Shown here one piece after another: positions 1 through 9,490 of a DNA stretch of 64,000 bases. The notes under the pieces are model-generated. The model made no database searches and was not told where the DNA came from. It saw only the letters and a program-made list of their open reading frames with translations. The translations under genes were made by a program, and so were the position numbers. Origin of the DNA: Pirellulaceae bacterium (GTDB taxonomy: Bacteria; Planctomycetota; Planctomycetia; Pirellulales; Pirellulaceae); NCBI GenBank assembly GCA_033761895.1, contig JANRMD010000115.1, positions 6,926 through 70,925 on the forward strand. The letters are read 5' to 3'. The number at the start of each line of letters is the position of its first letter. Position 1 is the first letter of the stretch.

Positions 1-13
1 GGTCACGGCAGTT

Positions 14-1528
14 TTGCATCAGAGAGTTCTCGCAGAGGTTGATGTGGATTGCGGACCGCGCGCCCTTGCAGTAGTGCTGTCTTCGCTAAAAGTAGACTAC
101 GATTTCGTTGACCTCAAAAAGCGTTTTGGTAGTCCCGAACGCGGAGGCTTTTCACTCGCATCGCTCGATCAGGTTGCGAGGTCGTACGGAGTACAGACCC
201 TGCTGGCTAAGAGTTCGCTCGAAAATCTTTCGCGCAGAAAGAACTACGAGAGTTTCGCTTGCATTTGCTGGCTTACAGAAAAGCACTTTGTAGTTTGTGC
301 TGATTATGCTGACAGCAAGGTTGTAATTGTCGATCCTCCCGAAATACGAGATGTTCCTGCAGCGACGTTCGCTGCGAATTGGAGCGGCGAGTGCCTGCTT
401 GTGTCTCGTGGTTCGCTGATGTCCGAGTCGCGATTGGTAAATGGTTTCAACAGCGGACTTTGGATCATCGTAACTTTAACAATAATTGGAATTGCGGGCG
501 CAACAGTCGCGTATCGAGCGAGAAAACCGGTTTTCCTCGTTGGATCGATTCTATGCACATGTATGTCGGGTGAAAGCTTTGCGCAGGAGGGTGAAAAAGT
601 TGGCGCACGCGACCGTGTAGAGCTCAGGTTTTCAAATCCTCCCGTTACTTCGATTGACTTAGGTACGGCACGAATTGGCGATAAAAAGTTAGTAACACTC
701 GTACTGCGGAACGACACGGAAAAAGTCTGGAAACTGCGAGGAGTTCAGATGTCCTGCTCTTGCATTGGTGTCGAAGCACCAAAACGGGATATTATGCCCG
801 GCGAATCAGTTGAAATCTCCGCGAACCTTTCATCAAGCCAAGGCGGCGAACGGAAGGCATCAATTAGCTTTGTGTTCGGAGAAAGTCCAAATGAACGGAA
901 CTACCAAGTTCCATTAATGTGGAAAGTGACCCATGCATTAGTTACCGAGCCTGAGAGATTGCATTTTGGCGAGATAGGATTAGCTGGTAAGCACGAAATA
1001 AGTTTCAAGGTGAAGCGAGTGAAAGAAGGAGGCGAATCAACCGACGCTAAGTTGACGGAAGTCGTGGCAAGTTCGAAACTGCTACGCTGCACATTCGAGG
1101 GTTCGGTCGTTAAAGCTGAAATTTCCGATTGCGGCAGAGAGTCTGGTGAAGTTGCTTACATTTATGTTCGTGACGAAACAATGAAACCAGATCAACTAAT
1201 TGCGTTTACTGTGAACTGGCTTCGGCCTCCTCCCGAATTTATCTCGCTCCCCAAAGAATTCACCCTCAGTGGCGACATTTCGAAGCAAGTCAAGTTCGTC
1301 ATTGTTGCTCCGCGATCCAATTTGGCGAAGATCTCGAAGTTAGAGGTTGTGGGCATTGATCTTGCAATTAAGCATTGGGAAGAAAAGCGTTCGAGCGAGA
1401 ACCGTACACAGTTGTCAATAACTTTTGATTCCAGCGTTGCCGTTAGTGAGAACCAAAAGTTCTCGGTCGAAGTGACCTTCGATGACTCTAGGGTCTTTCA
1501 TTTGTTTGGCAGCAGGACCGTCAAGTGA
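14..1528 (+). CDS. C39 cysteine peptidase-like domain + TM + DUF1573 (Ig-like) membrane protein
   Basis: N-terminal DCGPRAL...HFVV...IVDPP gives the C39 Cys/His/Asp pattern. A hydrophobic segment ([15 protein letters not shown]) follows, then a DUF1573-like SCSCIG...PGES region. No ABC ATPase domain. The start may lie slightly upstream of the ORF-track call. Confidence 0.7.
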   Translation: MHQRVLAEVDVDCGPRALAVVLSSLKVDYDFVDLKKRFGSPERGGFSLASLDQVARSYGVQTLLAKSSLENLSRRKNYESFACICWLTEKHFVVCADYADSKVVIVDPPEIRDVPAATFAANWSGECLLVSRGSLMSESRLVNGFNSGLWIIVTLTIIGIAGATVAYRARKPVFLVGSILCTCMSGESFAQEGEKVGARDRVELRFSNPPVTSIDLGTARIGDKKLVTLVLRNDTEKVWKLRGVQMSCSCIGVEAPKRDIMPGESVEISANLSSSQGGERKASISFVFGESPNERNYQVPLMWKVTHALVTEPERLHFGEIGLAGKHEISFKVKRVKEGGESTDAKLTEVVASSKLLRCTFEGSVVKAEISDCGRESGEVAYIYVRDETMKPDQLIAFTVNWLRPPPEFISLPKEFTLSGDISKQVKFVIVAPRSNLAKISKLEVVGIDLAIKHWEEKRSSENRTQLSITFDSSVAVSENQKFSVEVTFDDSRVFHLFGSRTVK

Positions 1529-2511
1529 TACTTAAGCGACGAAATGGCCTTACGCTCATTGAACTTATCGTGGTTGTTTCAATCATTGGTATTTTGATGG
1601 GATTATTGCTGCTTGGCACGAGCGCTGCGAGAGAAACGTCACGACGTAATTCGTGCAGCAACAATCTTCGTCAATTTGGAATAGCACTTCACGCGTTTGA
1701 GTCGCGAAGCAAAAGCTTGCCCACGAACTCCCGCCAAGAACTTGAGTACGCGCATAGCGGGAGAATGGCTAGTGTCGTGTCAGTACACTATGATCTACTC
1801 GCCGATCTAGACCTGATGCAGCTTAAGAAAATTCCACTGCCAGACGCGATCTTAGGCGGGGTTTTTGGCCATCTTGGGCATCCTCAGAATTATCCACACC
1901 CAGTACTTTCTGCAACGATTGCTGTTTTTCAGTGCCCGTCTGACCGTGGTGTGAGTATCGGTACCAACTACCGTTTTTGTACTGGTCCCGATGCGCATCG
2001 TTTTTTCGTTAAGGCGATCAATGAGGGGGCTAAGGGGCCATTTGGTTCAGTGAGTAAGAACGGATTTCAGCGCTTTAGTAGAGGTCTTTCCAACACTGTT
2101 GCGGCGTCCGAGCGTTCGCGATCTGTAGATGGCGTTCGTTCGTTCAAGTCTTCGGTCTGGGGCGGGGCATTCAGCGTTCAGCCAGTTACAACCCAGTACT
2201 TTCTTGATGTCGCCAAGACTTCTCACACCTTCCCGCCTCAGACCTTCTTCGGCTATAACGGGCATTATTGGGTCCAGAGCGGATATGATTGCACCTTGTA
2301 CAATCACGTGTTTACACCCAACGCGCAGACCTATTCACTCTTCGCCGGTCAATTTAGTGACGATAAAGGCTGGGGGGCGATTATGACGGCGACTTCCAAT
2401 CACTCCGGTGGAGTGAACACTCTCAATTGCGACGGTTCGGTCGAATTCATTGCCGATGACATTGACAGCTTGTTGTGGCAAGCATTAAGTACGTGCAACG
2501 CTGATCTCTAG
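1525..2511 (+). CDS. DUF1559 family prepilin-type N-terminal cleavage/methylation protein (H-X9-DG motif)
   Basis: [31 protein letters not shown] and C-terminal [18 protein letters not shown] overlap with the upstream stop. Confidence 0.9.
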   Translation: MILKRRNGLTLIELIVVVSIIGILMGLLLLGTSAARETSRRNSCSNNLRQFGIALHAFESRSKSLPTNSRQELEYAHSGRMASVVSVHYDLLADLDLMQLKKIPLPDAILGGVFGHLGHPQNYPHPVLSATIAVFQCPSDRGVSIGTNYRFCTGPDAHRFFVKAINEGAKGPFGSVSKNGFQRFSRGLSNTVAASERSRSVDGVRSFKSSVWGGAFSVQPVTTQYFLDVAKTSHTFPPQTFFGYNGHYWVQSGYDCTLYNHVFTPNAQTYSLFAGQFSDDKGWGAIMTATSNHSGGVNTLNCDGSVEFIADDIDSLLWQALSTCNADL

Positions 2512-2517
2512 CACGTA

Positions 2518-3792
2518 CTAACTCCTCGAAGGAGTAATTAGACCCTTACCTCCTCCAACGAAATTTGGAAGAATCAGAAGTATCACACAGGGCATCACAG
2601 GTGCTCGCATGCGCATGTTGCTCCAGTAGATTGAATGGATTGCAGAGAGCGAAAAGGTCATGGCTAAGCCGATCAACCAAGGTCGGTAACTGCGTGTGAT
2701 GCGGATTCGCAATAGGCCCATATACGCAAGCACAAAGATGACTGCGTACCAAACGCCAATGATCACTTCTTTTGCACCAAACGAACCGTCATAAGGCCAC
2801 AGCGCCCACAACCAACCGACGCGGTAAATGCAACTGACCGGGAAGATGTACCAATAACGAGCAATGGTGGAACGCGCGGCTAGGTAGGCCAACTCATCTT
2901 CACCGACTTCATTCAGCGGCGGGACTTCTAAGCCTACGCGGGCCGACCAAGCGTCTTGAAACTCCTCAGCCTCCCAAGCCCGCGATGGTCCGTTAGCGAT
3001 GAAGTGTCGATAAAGTGGCGGATTATTGGCCAGCAACAGCGTGTAGCCGCCGTGTGTCGTGGCCCATATCGGTTTCCCGAACGTCGAGTAATTGCGCAGC
3101 GTCCAGGGCACGACACATACCAAAACACCAAGGCATATCAGTACACAATCGTTGACGCGTCGCTTCCAACAATCGCAGCCAACAAACAAAGCGATCAGCG
3201 CGCACAGTAATGCCCAAGGTGCGGCCGTTGGACGCGCTAGGATCGAAACACCCAGCGTCAAACTGAAGGCCGCCAGTGCCATCCACTGCCTTCTAGATCG
3301 CTGCTGGCCTTGTCCGGTGTCCATCGATGGCCAGGCCACCAACCACAGCCACCACGCGAACACTCCCAAGAAGGTTGCCAGCGTTTCCGTCATTACCAAT
3401 TGGCTCTGTCGCAATAGAATCGGATCCACGGCAACCGCAACTCCGGCTAGCCAAGCGAACCGCAATCTCAGTCTAACACCGATCAAAAACGTCAGCGCGA
3501 CCGTCGCACAGCCCAACAGCAGATGCAAACCTGCAACCCCCGCGCGCGCGACTTGACCATCGACGACAAACCAGCTGAGCAACCAAGGGTACAGCGGCGG
3601 GCGAAACGCAGTCGGGCTTGGACCGGCTTCACCTTCGAAACCCAAAGTTCCGGTCTTAGCCAAGGTGGTCGCTATTCGTGCGTACGAATCTGGGTCGGCG
3701 TTCATATCCGCCGCGCCGAACCACAGGACCGCTGCGCGAATGGCGAATGCAATAATTAACAACGGGATGAACTGTCGGCGCCAATCAATCAT
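2518..3792 (-). CDS. GT-C fold glycosyltransferase (ArnT/PMT-like, GT39/GT83-type) membrane protein
   Basis: Multi-TM protein with DPDSY, FRPPLYP and TETL motifs. Start placed at ATG 3792, which overlaps the upstream stop as ATGA. Confidence 0.7.
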   Translation of the reverse strand: MIDWRRQFIPLLIIAFAIRAAVLWFGAADMNADPDSYARIATTLAKTGTLGFEGEAGPSPTAFRPPLYPWLLSWFVVDGQVARAGVAGLHLLLGCATVALTFLIGVRLRLRFAWLAGVAVAVDPILLRQSQLVMTETLATFLGVFAWWLWLVAWPSMDTGQGQQRSRRQWMALAAFSLTLGVSILARPTAAPWALLCALIALFVGCDCWKRRVNDCVLICLGVLVCVVPWTLRNYSTFGKPIWATTHGGYTLLLANNPPLYRHFIANGPSRAWEAEEFQDAWSARVGLEVPPLNEVGEDELAYLAARSTIARYWYIFPVSCIYRVGWLWALWPYDGSFGAKEVIIGVWYAVIFVLAYMGLLRIRITRSYRPWLIGLAMTFSLSAIHSIYWSNMRMRAPVMPCVILLILPNFVGGGKGLITPSRS

Positions 3793-4958
3793 GTGCGTGG
3801 CACACACCACTTCGCATCAAAGCCAACCTTCTCTGCTTCGCCGCCACGCAACTTGTCCAAGTCACTGATCAGCTGTGAAACACGCTCGGGACGATTGATG
3901 CCTTCCAATCGCACATGGAACTCAACGGACTTGCCAGCGGCTAGCGGCACCACACGGCCTTGCTTTTCTTCAAATGTTCTCGGGTTGGGAAAGCCCGTTC
4001 CGGGTTCAAGTCCCGTGACATAACCATCTGCCGCGCCGACGGTATTCTTCCACTGGGAGAAATAGGGCAGCGTGTCAGGCCTATAGTGGACCGCGAATCC
4101 ACGACTGCGATTCTTGGAAGCCAGTAATGCCGTCGCCCAGCCATCGGTACCGGCGGTCGGCGATGAAAAGTAAACTTGCTCGACGTAACCGGGTGTCGGT
4201 GGCAAATAGGTGGGCCAAGTTGCCAGATCATCCGCCGCATGTTGATCGCGAGCCACGATTCGCTTGGCAGCGCTTTGCATGGTGGCTCCGCCCTCAAGCA
4301 GCGGCGAACCGACGTTGACGTGATACAGCATTTGGATCGTTGTGGCGGTGTCCGATGCATTCTTGACGGAGTCGACCACATCAATGGTCGGTTGGCCGAA
4401 CGCAAACCGATAATTGACCGTCATTCGCAGATTGAATTGTAGGAAGCGGGCCTCATGTACCTCGCCGCGAACCTCTAGCAACGAATGATCGGCATCGAGG
4501 TGCACCGACCAGTTGACGGCGGGTTGGTTGGCGATTCGGCCGTGGAGCGGATGTTTGAGCTGCCCTTTGTCGTTGAAGTCCGGAGCGCCGAAACTCTGCA
4601 AGCCGCATCTGACCAGCAACTCGTCAAAGCCGTCCAACCAACCGAGTCCGTTCGAATCGGTGATGGGTACGTATTGCGGGTGAATCGGCCCTTCGACTGG
4701 CGAACGCCAACTGCAATCGAGCCCATCGATGTTGGCTTTCCACAAACCCAGTCCGCGGGTCGGACAAATAGCGGCCCGAACTTTCCCGCTATCGACCACC
4801 ACCAGTTCCACACCCTCTCGTTTTCCCGAGGCAAATCGATATCGCTGAACCGCAAAGGTGCCACCCGCCGATTTGGCTCGCGTCGCGGTATCTGGAAGCG
4901 ATTGGGCAAGGTCGACCGGTTGTTCAATCAGTAACGGTTGAGCAAGTTCGATTTTCAT
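3789..4958 (-). CDS. Aldose 1-epimerase family protein (DUF4432-like)
   Basis: PTRGLG, GWLDGF, LHGRIAN, MLYHVN and TGLEPGT motifs typical of the galactose mutarotase-like DUF4432 family. Confidence 0.8.
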   Translation of the reverse strand: MKIELAQPLLIEQPVDLAQSLPDTATRAKSAGGTFAVQRYRFASGKREGVELVVVDSGKVRAAICPTRGLGLWKANIDGLDCSWRSPVEGPIHPQYVPITDSNGLGWLDGFDELLVRCGLQSFGAPDFNDKGQLKHPLHGRIANQPAVNWSVHLDADHSLLEVRGEVHEARFLQFNLRMTVNYRFAFGQPTIDVVDSVKNASDTATTIQMLYHVNVGSPLLEGGATMQSAAKRIVARDQHAADDLATWPTYLPPTPGYVEQVYFSSPTAGTDGWATALLASKNRSRGFAVHYRPDTLPYFSQWKNTVGAADGYVTGLEPGTGFPNPRTFEEKQGRVVPLAAGKSVEFHVRLEGINRPERVSQLISDLDKLRGGEAEKVGFDAKWCVPRT

Positions 4959-5140
4959 GGTGGGTGCTAGTGGGTTTGAGAGTGGTGACTTTGGGATAAA
5001 ATGCCAGAATTTCGCGTCCTTACTTGTAACCGCTCGGGACTCGGAATAAAACTGGCAGTTCGGTTTTTGTTGGTCAGAGGTCGGCCCTTAGGACTAATTA
5101 ATGGTCCCATTGGCGACTCGGGCAATCGACAATAGGTGCC

Positions 5141-5163
5141 GTAGCCTAGGCATCCTGCCTGGG
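5141..5163 (+). repeat. GTAG-type REP palindrome family A (GTAGCCTAGGCATCCTGCCTGGG)
   Basis: GTAG followed by a CCTAGGC/GCCTGGG hairpin. Identical copy at 12526-12548 and near-identical copy at 17435-17457. Confidence 0.8.
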
Positions 5164-5187
5164 ACAGAGCAGCAGGCTACTGAAAAG

Positions 5188-5251
5188 TAACCCGAAGCGT
5201 TAGAGCGTTAGCGAGGGAATAGAGAGCGCCCCTCGCTAACACTTCGGGTTA
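5188..5251. repeat. REP-like inverted doublet (TAACCCGAAGCGTTAG...CCCTCGCTAACACTTCGGGTTA)
   Basis: Imperfect inverted repeat with an internal AGCGTTAG duplication; intergenic. Confidence 0.7.
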
Positions 5252-5355
5252 GGATAGACCCGTCACATTTTGCAAACCGACTTTTTCAGCAGCCTGCTAG
5301 TTGGTTATGACCATTTAATTGCATCCATCCACTTACCAAAGCAACCACTGAGATT

Positions 5356-6618
5356 ATGACCAAAGTTAGTTTAGATGCTGGACTGGTGAACAAAGATAGT
5401 GTCGCCAAGATTCTTGATCGAGCCCTCGATGCTGGCGGAGGTCTCCTGCGACTGACACCGACTTGGGTCCCCCGCAGCTTCCTCCATCCTGGACGCCGCA
5501 TCAAACTGAATCCGGCTGACCTGTATGCGTTCGGTGCCGATCGCGGTGGCATCGATGAACGCTGGTTTTCAAGTACTACCGAAGCAGCCAACGAAGGCCG
5601 CGTGTGGCACGAGGGGCTGAGCTTCTGTTTGTTTGAAGGCCAAAAGTTCCTGCTTCGCGACGCCGTTTCCGAACTGGGCAATCGCTTAGTCGGGCAGCCA
5701 ACGTTCTCGAAGTACAATCGCTGGCCAGTGTATTCGAAATTCTTCGATAACATGGGCCCCATTCCGCATCACATGCACCAGTCAGCGGAAGATGCTGCTC
5801 TAGTTGGCCAAGAAGGCAAGCCCGAAAGCTATTACTTCCCACCTCAATATAACAACGTTGACAACAATTTCTGTTACACGTTTATGGGGTTGGAACCTGG
5901 CACAACCAAAGAACAACTTCGCCGCTGTCTTGAGAATTGGAACAAAGGTGACAATGGCATTCTCGATCTATCGAAGGCTTATCGACTGAAGCGTGGCACC
6001 GGCTGGTTGATTCCGCCAGGCGTTTTGCATGCACCAGGTTCCTTGTGCACCTACGAACCTCAGTGGGGCAGCGACGTGTTCGGTATGTTCCAGTCGATCG
6101 TTGAAGGTCGCTATGTGCCTTGGTCACTACTCGTTAAAGACATGCCCAAGGAAAAGCACAATGACCTCGACTTCATCATCGGTCAACTTGACTGGGAAAA
6201 GAACGTTGACACGCACTTCAAGAATGCCAACTACATCGAACCGATCGTTGACAAAGATCGCAGTGGCCCAGGCTTCACGGACAAGTGGATTGTCTACGGC
6301 ACCATCGACGGCAAGCAGTTGTTCAGTGCCAAGGAACTGACGGTCGATCCAGGTGCGAAGTGCACCTTGAAAGATCCTGGTGCCAGCGGCTGGATCACAG
6401 TGCAAGGTAAGGGCCGGATTGGCAAGTTGGCTTTGCAGACGCCAGCCATGATCAACTTTGGCGAGAACACCGAAGACGAAGTGTTTATCTCGCACGAAGC
6501 AGCCACAGGTGGCGTCGAAATCGAAAACACCGGCAGCGAACCGCTCGTCGGCCTGCGATACTTCGGCCCAGACTGCCATCCGAATCTGCCCAAGAACGGC
6601 GCTTGGATGAACGGCTAG
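5356..6618 (+). CDS. Cupin-fold protein, mannose-6-phosphate isomerase class I-like
   Basis: PIPHHMH...PESYYF...HAPG metal-binding cupin pattern; lies in a sugar-catabolic cluster. Confidence 0.6.
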   Translation: MTKVSLDAGLVNKDSVAKILDRALDAGGGLLRLTPTWVPRSFLHPGRRIKLNPADLYAFGADRGGIDERWFSSTTEAANEGRVWHEGLSFCLFEGQKFLLRDAVSELGNRLVGQPTFSKYNRWPVYSKFFDNMGPIPHHMHQSAEDAALVGQEGKPESYYFPPQYNNVDNNFCYTFMGLEPGTTKEQLRRCLENWNKGDNGILDLSKAYRLKRGTGWLIPPGVLHAPGSLCTYEPQWGSDVFGMFQSIVEGRYVPWSLLVKDMPKEKHNDLDFIIGQLDWEKNVDTHFKNANYIEPIVDKDRSGPGFTDKWIVYGTIDGKQLFSAKELTVDPGAKCTLKDPGASGWITVQGKGRIGKLALQTPAMINFGENTEDEVFISHEAATGGVEIENTGSEPLVGLRYFGPDCHPNLPKNGAWMNG

Positions 6619-6643
6619 TAACTCGCCAAGTTACTTATGAGAA

Positions 6644-6757
6644 CCCTCCTCCCTTCTACCCGGTACTCCGGGGAGAAGGGTCGGGGATGAGGGGCATGAG
6701 ATTCTCCTGCCCCTCACCCCCAGCCCCTCTCTCCCCGGAGTACTGGGGCGAGGGGAG
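6644..6757. repeat. Inverted REP doublet (CTCCC...GTACTCCGGGG...GAGGGG / CCCCTCACCCC...GAGGGGAG)
   Basis: Two ~47-bp arms that are imperfect reverse complements of each other, each with its own hairpin; intergenic. Confidence 0.75.
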
Positions 6758-6837
6758 CCACAAAGCTTAAAAAGCCAAATAGTTAAGATTTTCCCGCAAA
6801 ACCCTCACCGAAACCTACCCTCTCGGAGTTCACTGTC

Positions 6838-7866
6838 ATGAGTCATCCTTCCCCGAAACTTCATAATGCGATGTGGCCTGGACTGGTTGGCAAAGGCACT
6901 GATGCTGGCCAAGAACCACCGATCAGCTTGGAGAAGATGCTCCAGTTGACTGCTGCTGCGAATGTGAATGGTCAAAAGTTTGACGGCATCGACTACTTTT
7001 TGTTTCTGCCACACACCAACCCGGACGCAAGTGACGATGAACTGAAGAAGATCGCGGACCAGATTGCCAGTTATGGCTTTAGCGTTGGTTCACTGGTTGC
7101 TCCCGTGTGGCCGGGAACCGTGGGTGACTCTTCGATGGGCGACGACGCTGCACGCGAGAAATTCATGAGCGCTGTGAAGACGGCTTGTCGCATTGCTGGA
7201 GTTTTTGAAAAGCATGGCGTCCGCAAGTACGGTGTGATTCGAATCGACTCGGCTGAGTTCGGCGTTGCCAAATGGCGTGAGAATCCCAAGACCAACACTT
7301 CGAAGATTGCTGGCACGTTCCGCGAAGCGGCCAAGATCGCGGCTGATCATGGTCAACGACTGGCTGCGGAAGGAGAGATTTGCTGGGCCGGCATGCACAG
7401 CTGGAAAGACATGCTGAACTTACTGGAAGAAGTCGGTATGCTGGAATCGCTAGGCTTCCAAGCCGACTTGGCTCATACATATCTCTATCTGCTTGGTTAC
7501 AACGCACCCGAATGTGCGCTAGTCAAGGAAGGGCATACGACGGAGGAGTTCTACGCGGCCTATGAAAAGATGACCGATAAACTGCGACCTTGGACCATCG
7601 ATTTCCACGTCGCACAAAATGACGGTCATGTCCACGGTGCTGGTTCTCACGACAAGACGGGTAAGCACTGCCCTGCCGACGATCCGAACGGCAAGCTGGA
7701 TATCGTCAAGTGCTCTGGTTATTGGCTGAAAGACGCAGCCAAGCGTGGCATCAAGCATATCTGTTGGGACGGTTGCATGTTCCCCAACGCAATGCTGGAA
7801 GATCCCAAGACTTGGAACACGATCCTCGACACAATGATAAAGGTTCGCAGCGCCCACGGTTGGTAA
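6838..7866 (+). CDS. Sugar phosphate isomerase/epimerase (xylose isomerase-like TIM barrel)
   Basis: AEGE, QADLAH, FHVAQND and CWDG metal-ligand pattern of the AP_endonuc_2-like barrel. Confidence 0.8.
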   Translation: MSHPSPKLHNAMWPGLVGKGTDAGQEPPISLEKMLQLTAAANVNGQKFDGIDYFLFLPHTNPDASDDELKKIADQIASYGFSVGSLVAPVWPGTVGDSSMGDDAAREKFMSAVKTACRIAGVFEKHGVRKYGVIRIDSAEFGVAKWRENPKTNTSKIAGTFREAAKIAADHGQRLAAEGEICWAGMHSWKDMLNLLEEVGMLESLGFQADLAHTYLYLLGYNAPECALVKEGHTTEEFYAAYEKMTDKLRPWTIDFHVAQNDGHVHGAGSHDKTGKHCPADDPNGKLDIVKCSGYWLKDAAKRGIKHICWDGCMFPNAMLEDPKTWNTILDTMIKVRSAHGW

Positions 7867-7959
7867 CCTGTCCGAAAAGGGGTCTGACCCTCTCCGGCAA
7901 AGCCATAAACGCAACGAAATCAAGTTAAGTCCAAAGGGTCAGACCCCTTTTCGGACAGG
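7867..7959. mobile_element. MITE-like element with perfect 25-bp terminal inverted repeats
   Basis: CCTGTCCGAAAAGGGGTCTGACCCT (7867-7891) and its exact reverse complement (7935-7959) enclose 43 bp of non-coding DNA. Confidence 0.6.
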
Positions 7960-7991
7960 CTCTTAAATCAATATCCTCGAAAGGTAACACT

Positions 7992-9122
7992 GTGAAAGAA
8001 CTTCGTATCGGCATGATCGGCTATGGCTTCATGGGCAAAACGCACTCAAATGCCTATGTGCAAGCGGCTCACTTCTTCAAGAGTGAATATAAACCGGTGC
8101 TCAAGGCTCTGTGTGCTCGTAACGCGGCCAAGGCCAAGCCCTTTGCGGACAACTGGGGCTATGAATCCGTCGAGACCGACTGGCGAGCGTTGCTCAAACG
8201 CGATGACATCGATGCAGTTGATATTTGCACGCCGAACAATCTGCACAAAGAGATCGCTGTCGAGGCAGCCAAAGCGGGCAAGATGATCCTCTGCGAAAAG
8301 CCACTGGCGATGAATGTTGCCGAAGGCGAAGAGATGTGCGAAGCGGTCGAAAAGGCTGGCGTGCCGAACATGGTGTGGTACAACTATCGCCGCATTCCAG
8401 CTGTGACTTTGGCGAAGCAGATCATCGACTCGGGCAAGCTTGGCAAGATCTTCCATTATCGAGCTAATTTCTTGCAAGACTGGACGATCAACGCCGATGT
8501 GCCTCAAGGGGGCGCGGCAACATGGCGTTTGGATGTCGAAGCGGCCGGTAGCGGTGTGACGGGCGACTTGCTGGCTCACTGCATCGACTCTGCGATCTGG
8601 TTAAACGGATCGATCAAAGACGTGACCGCGATGACAGAAACGTTTGTCAAAGAACGCGTGCATGCGGAGACAGGCAAGAAGGAGCCTGTTGGCATCGATG
8701 ATGCTTGCTCATTCCTCTGTCACTTCACCAACGGTTCGCTCGGTCTGTTCGAATCGACAAGATACGCTCGCGGACATAAAGCGCTCTACACGCTCGAAAT
8801 CAACGGTGAACATGCGAGCTTGAAGTGGGATCTGCACGACCTACATCGTTTGCAATACTTCGACCATGCCGATCAATCGATCGTACGCGGCTGGCGAAGT
8901 GTCCACGTATCCGATGGCGATCAACCTTACATGGGCAATTGGTGGGTTCCTGGCCTGCAGATTGGTTACGAGCACTCGTTCACGCACCAGGTTGCTGACT
9001 TCTTAACCAGCTTGGAAAAGGGCACTCCAGCTCATCCGACTTTCCGCGACGCGCTGGAGACACAGCGAGTTTGCGACGCAGTTTTGGCCAGTGCGAAACA
9101 AGGCGTTTGGAAGACGGTGTAG
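7992..9122 (+). CDS. Gfo/Idh/MocA family oxidoreductase
   Basis: [10 protein letters not shown] Rossmann motif, ILCEKPLA, and GDLLAHCID. Confidence 0.92.
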   Translation: MKELRIGMIGYGFMGKTHSNAYVQAAHFFKSEYKPVLKALCARNAAKAKPFADNWGYESVETDWRALLKRDDIDAVDICTPNNLHKEIAVEAAKAGKMILCEKPLAMNVAEGEEMCEAVEKAGVPNMVWYNYRRIPAVTLAKQIIDSGKLGKIFHYRANFLQDWTINADVPQGGAATWRLDVEAAGSGVTGDLLAHCIDSAIWLNGSIKDVTAMTETFVKERVHAETGKKEPVGIDDACSFLCHFTNGSLGLFESTRYARGHKALYTLEINGEHASLKWDLHDLHRLQYFDHADQSIVRGWRSVHVSDGDQPYMGNWWVPGLQIGYEHSFTHQVADFLTSLEKGTPAHPTFRDALETQRVCDAVLASAKQGVWKTV

Positions 9123-9145
9123 GTTTTTCGTACACGGAGCTGGTG

Positions 9146-9482
9146 ATGCCAGAACTCCCAGGCATACTGCTTTACCTTCGAGCACTTGAGCAACGGCTAC
9201 TTGGCGAGCGGATTGAATCGATTTCAGTCCGCTCGCCATCGCTTTTACGGACTTACTCACCTCAACTTGAGTCTGTCGTCCAACAACGCATAACAGCCAT
9301 CTCGCGCAGCGGCAAACGCATCCTCTGGACACTCGATTCCGGAATCTGTTTGGTATTTCATTTGATGATCGCTGGTCAACTACTGCCCACGTTGCCAAAC
9401 CGAAGGCAGAATCCTCGCGGATCGCTCGCTCAGTCGACTGCTCAAAGACGATTGGCCGAGGTCGCTCGATGAACTCGAGTGA
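9146..9482 (+). pseudogene. Fpg/Nei-family DNA glycosylase pseudogene with internal deletion and frameshift
   Basis: The frame from 9146 reads MPELP...SGKRI...FHLMIAG (Fpg N-terminus). From 9378 a different frame reads [34 protein letters not shown] (zinc-finger C-terminus). The H2TH middle region is absent. Confidence 0.85.
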
Positions 9483-9490
9483 AGCATGCG

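Noticed and set aside
9071-9472. 133-aa ORF as an intact gene
   Set aside because: It is the N-terminal frame of the deleted Fpg-like pseudogene; sequence after IAG is out-of-frame read-through.
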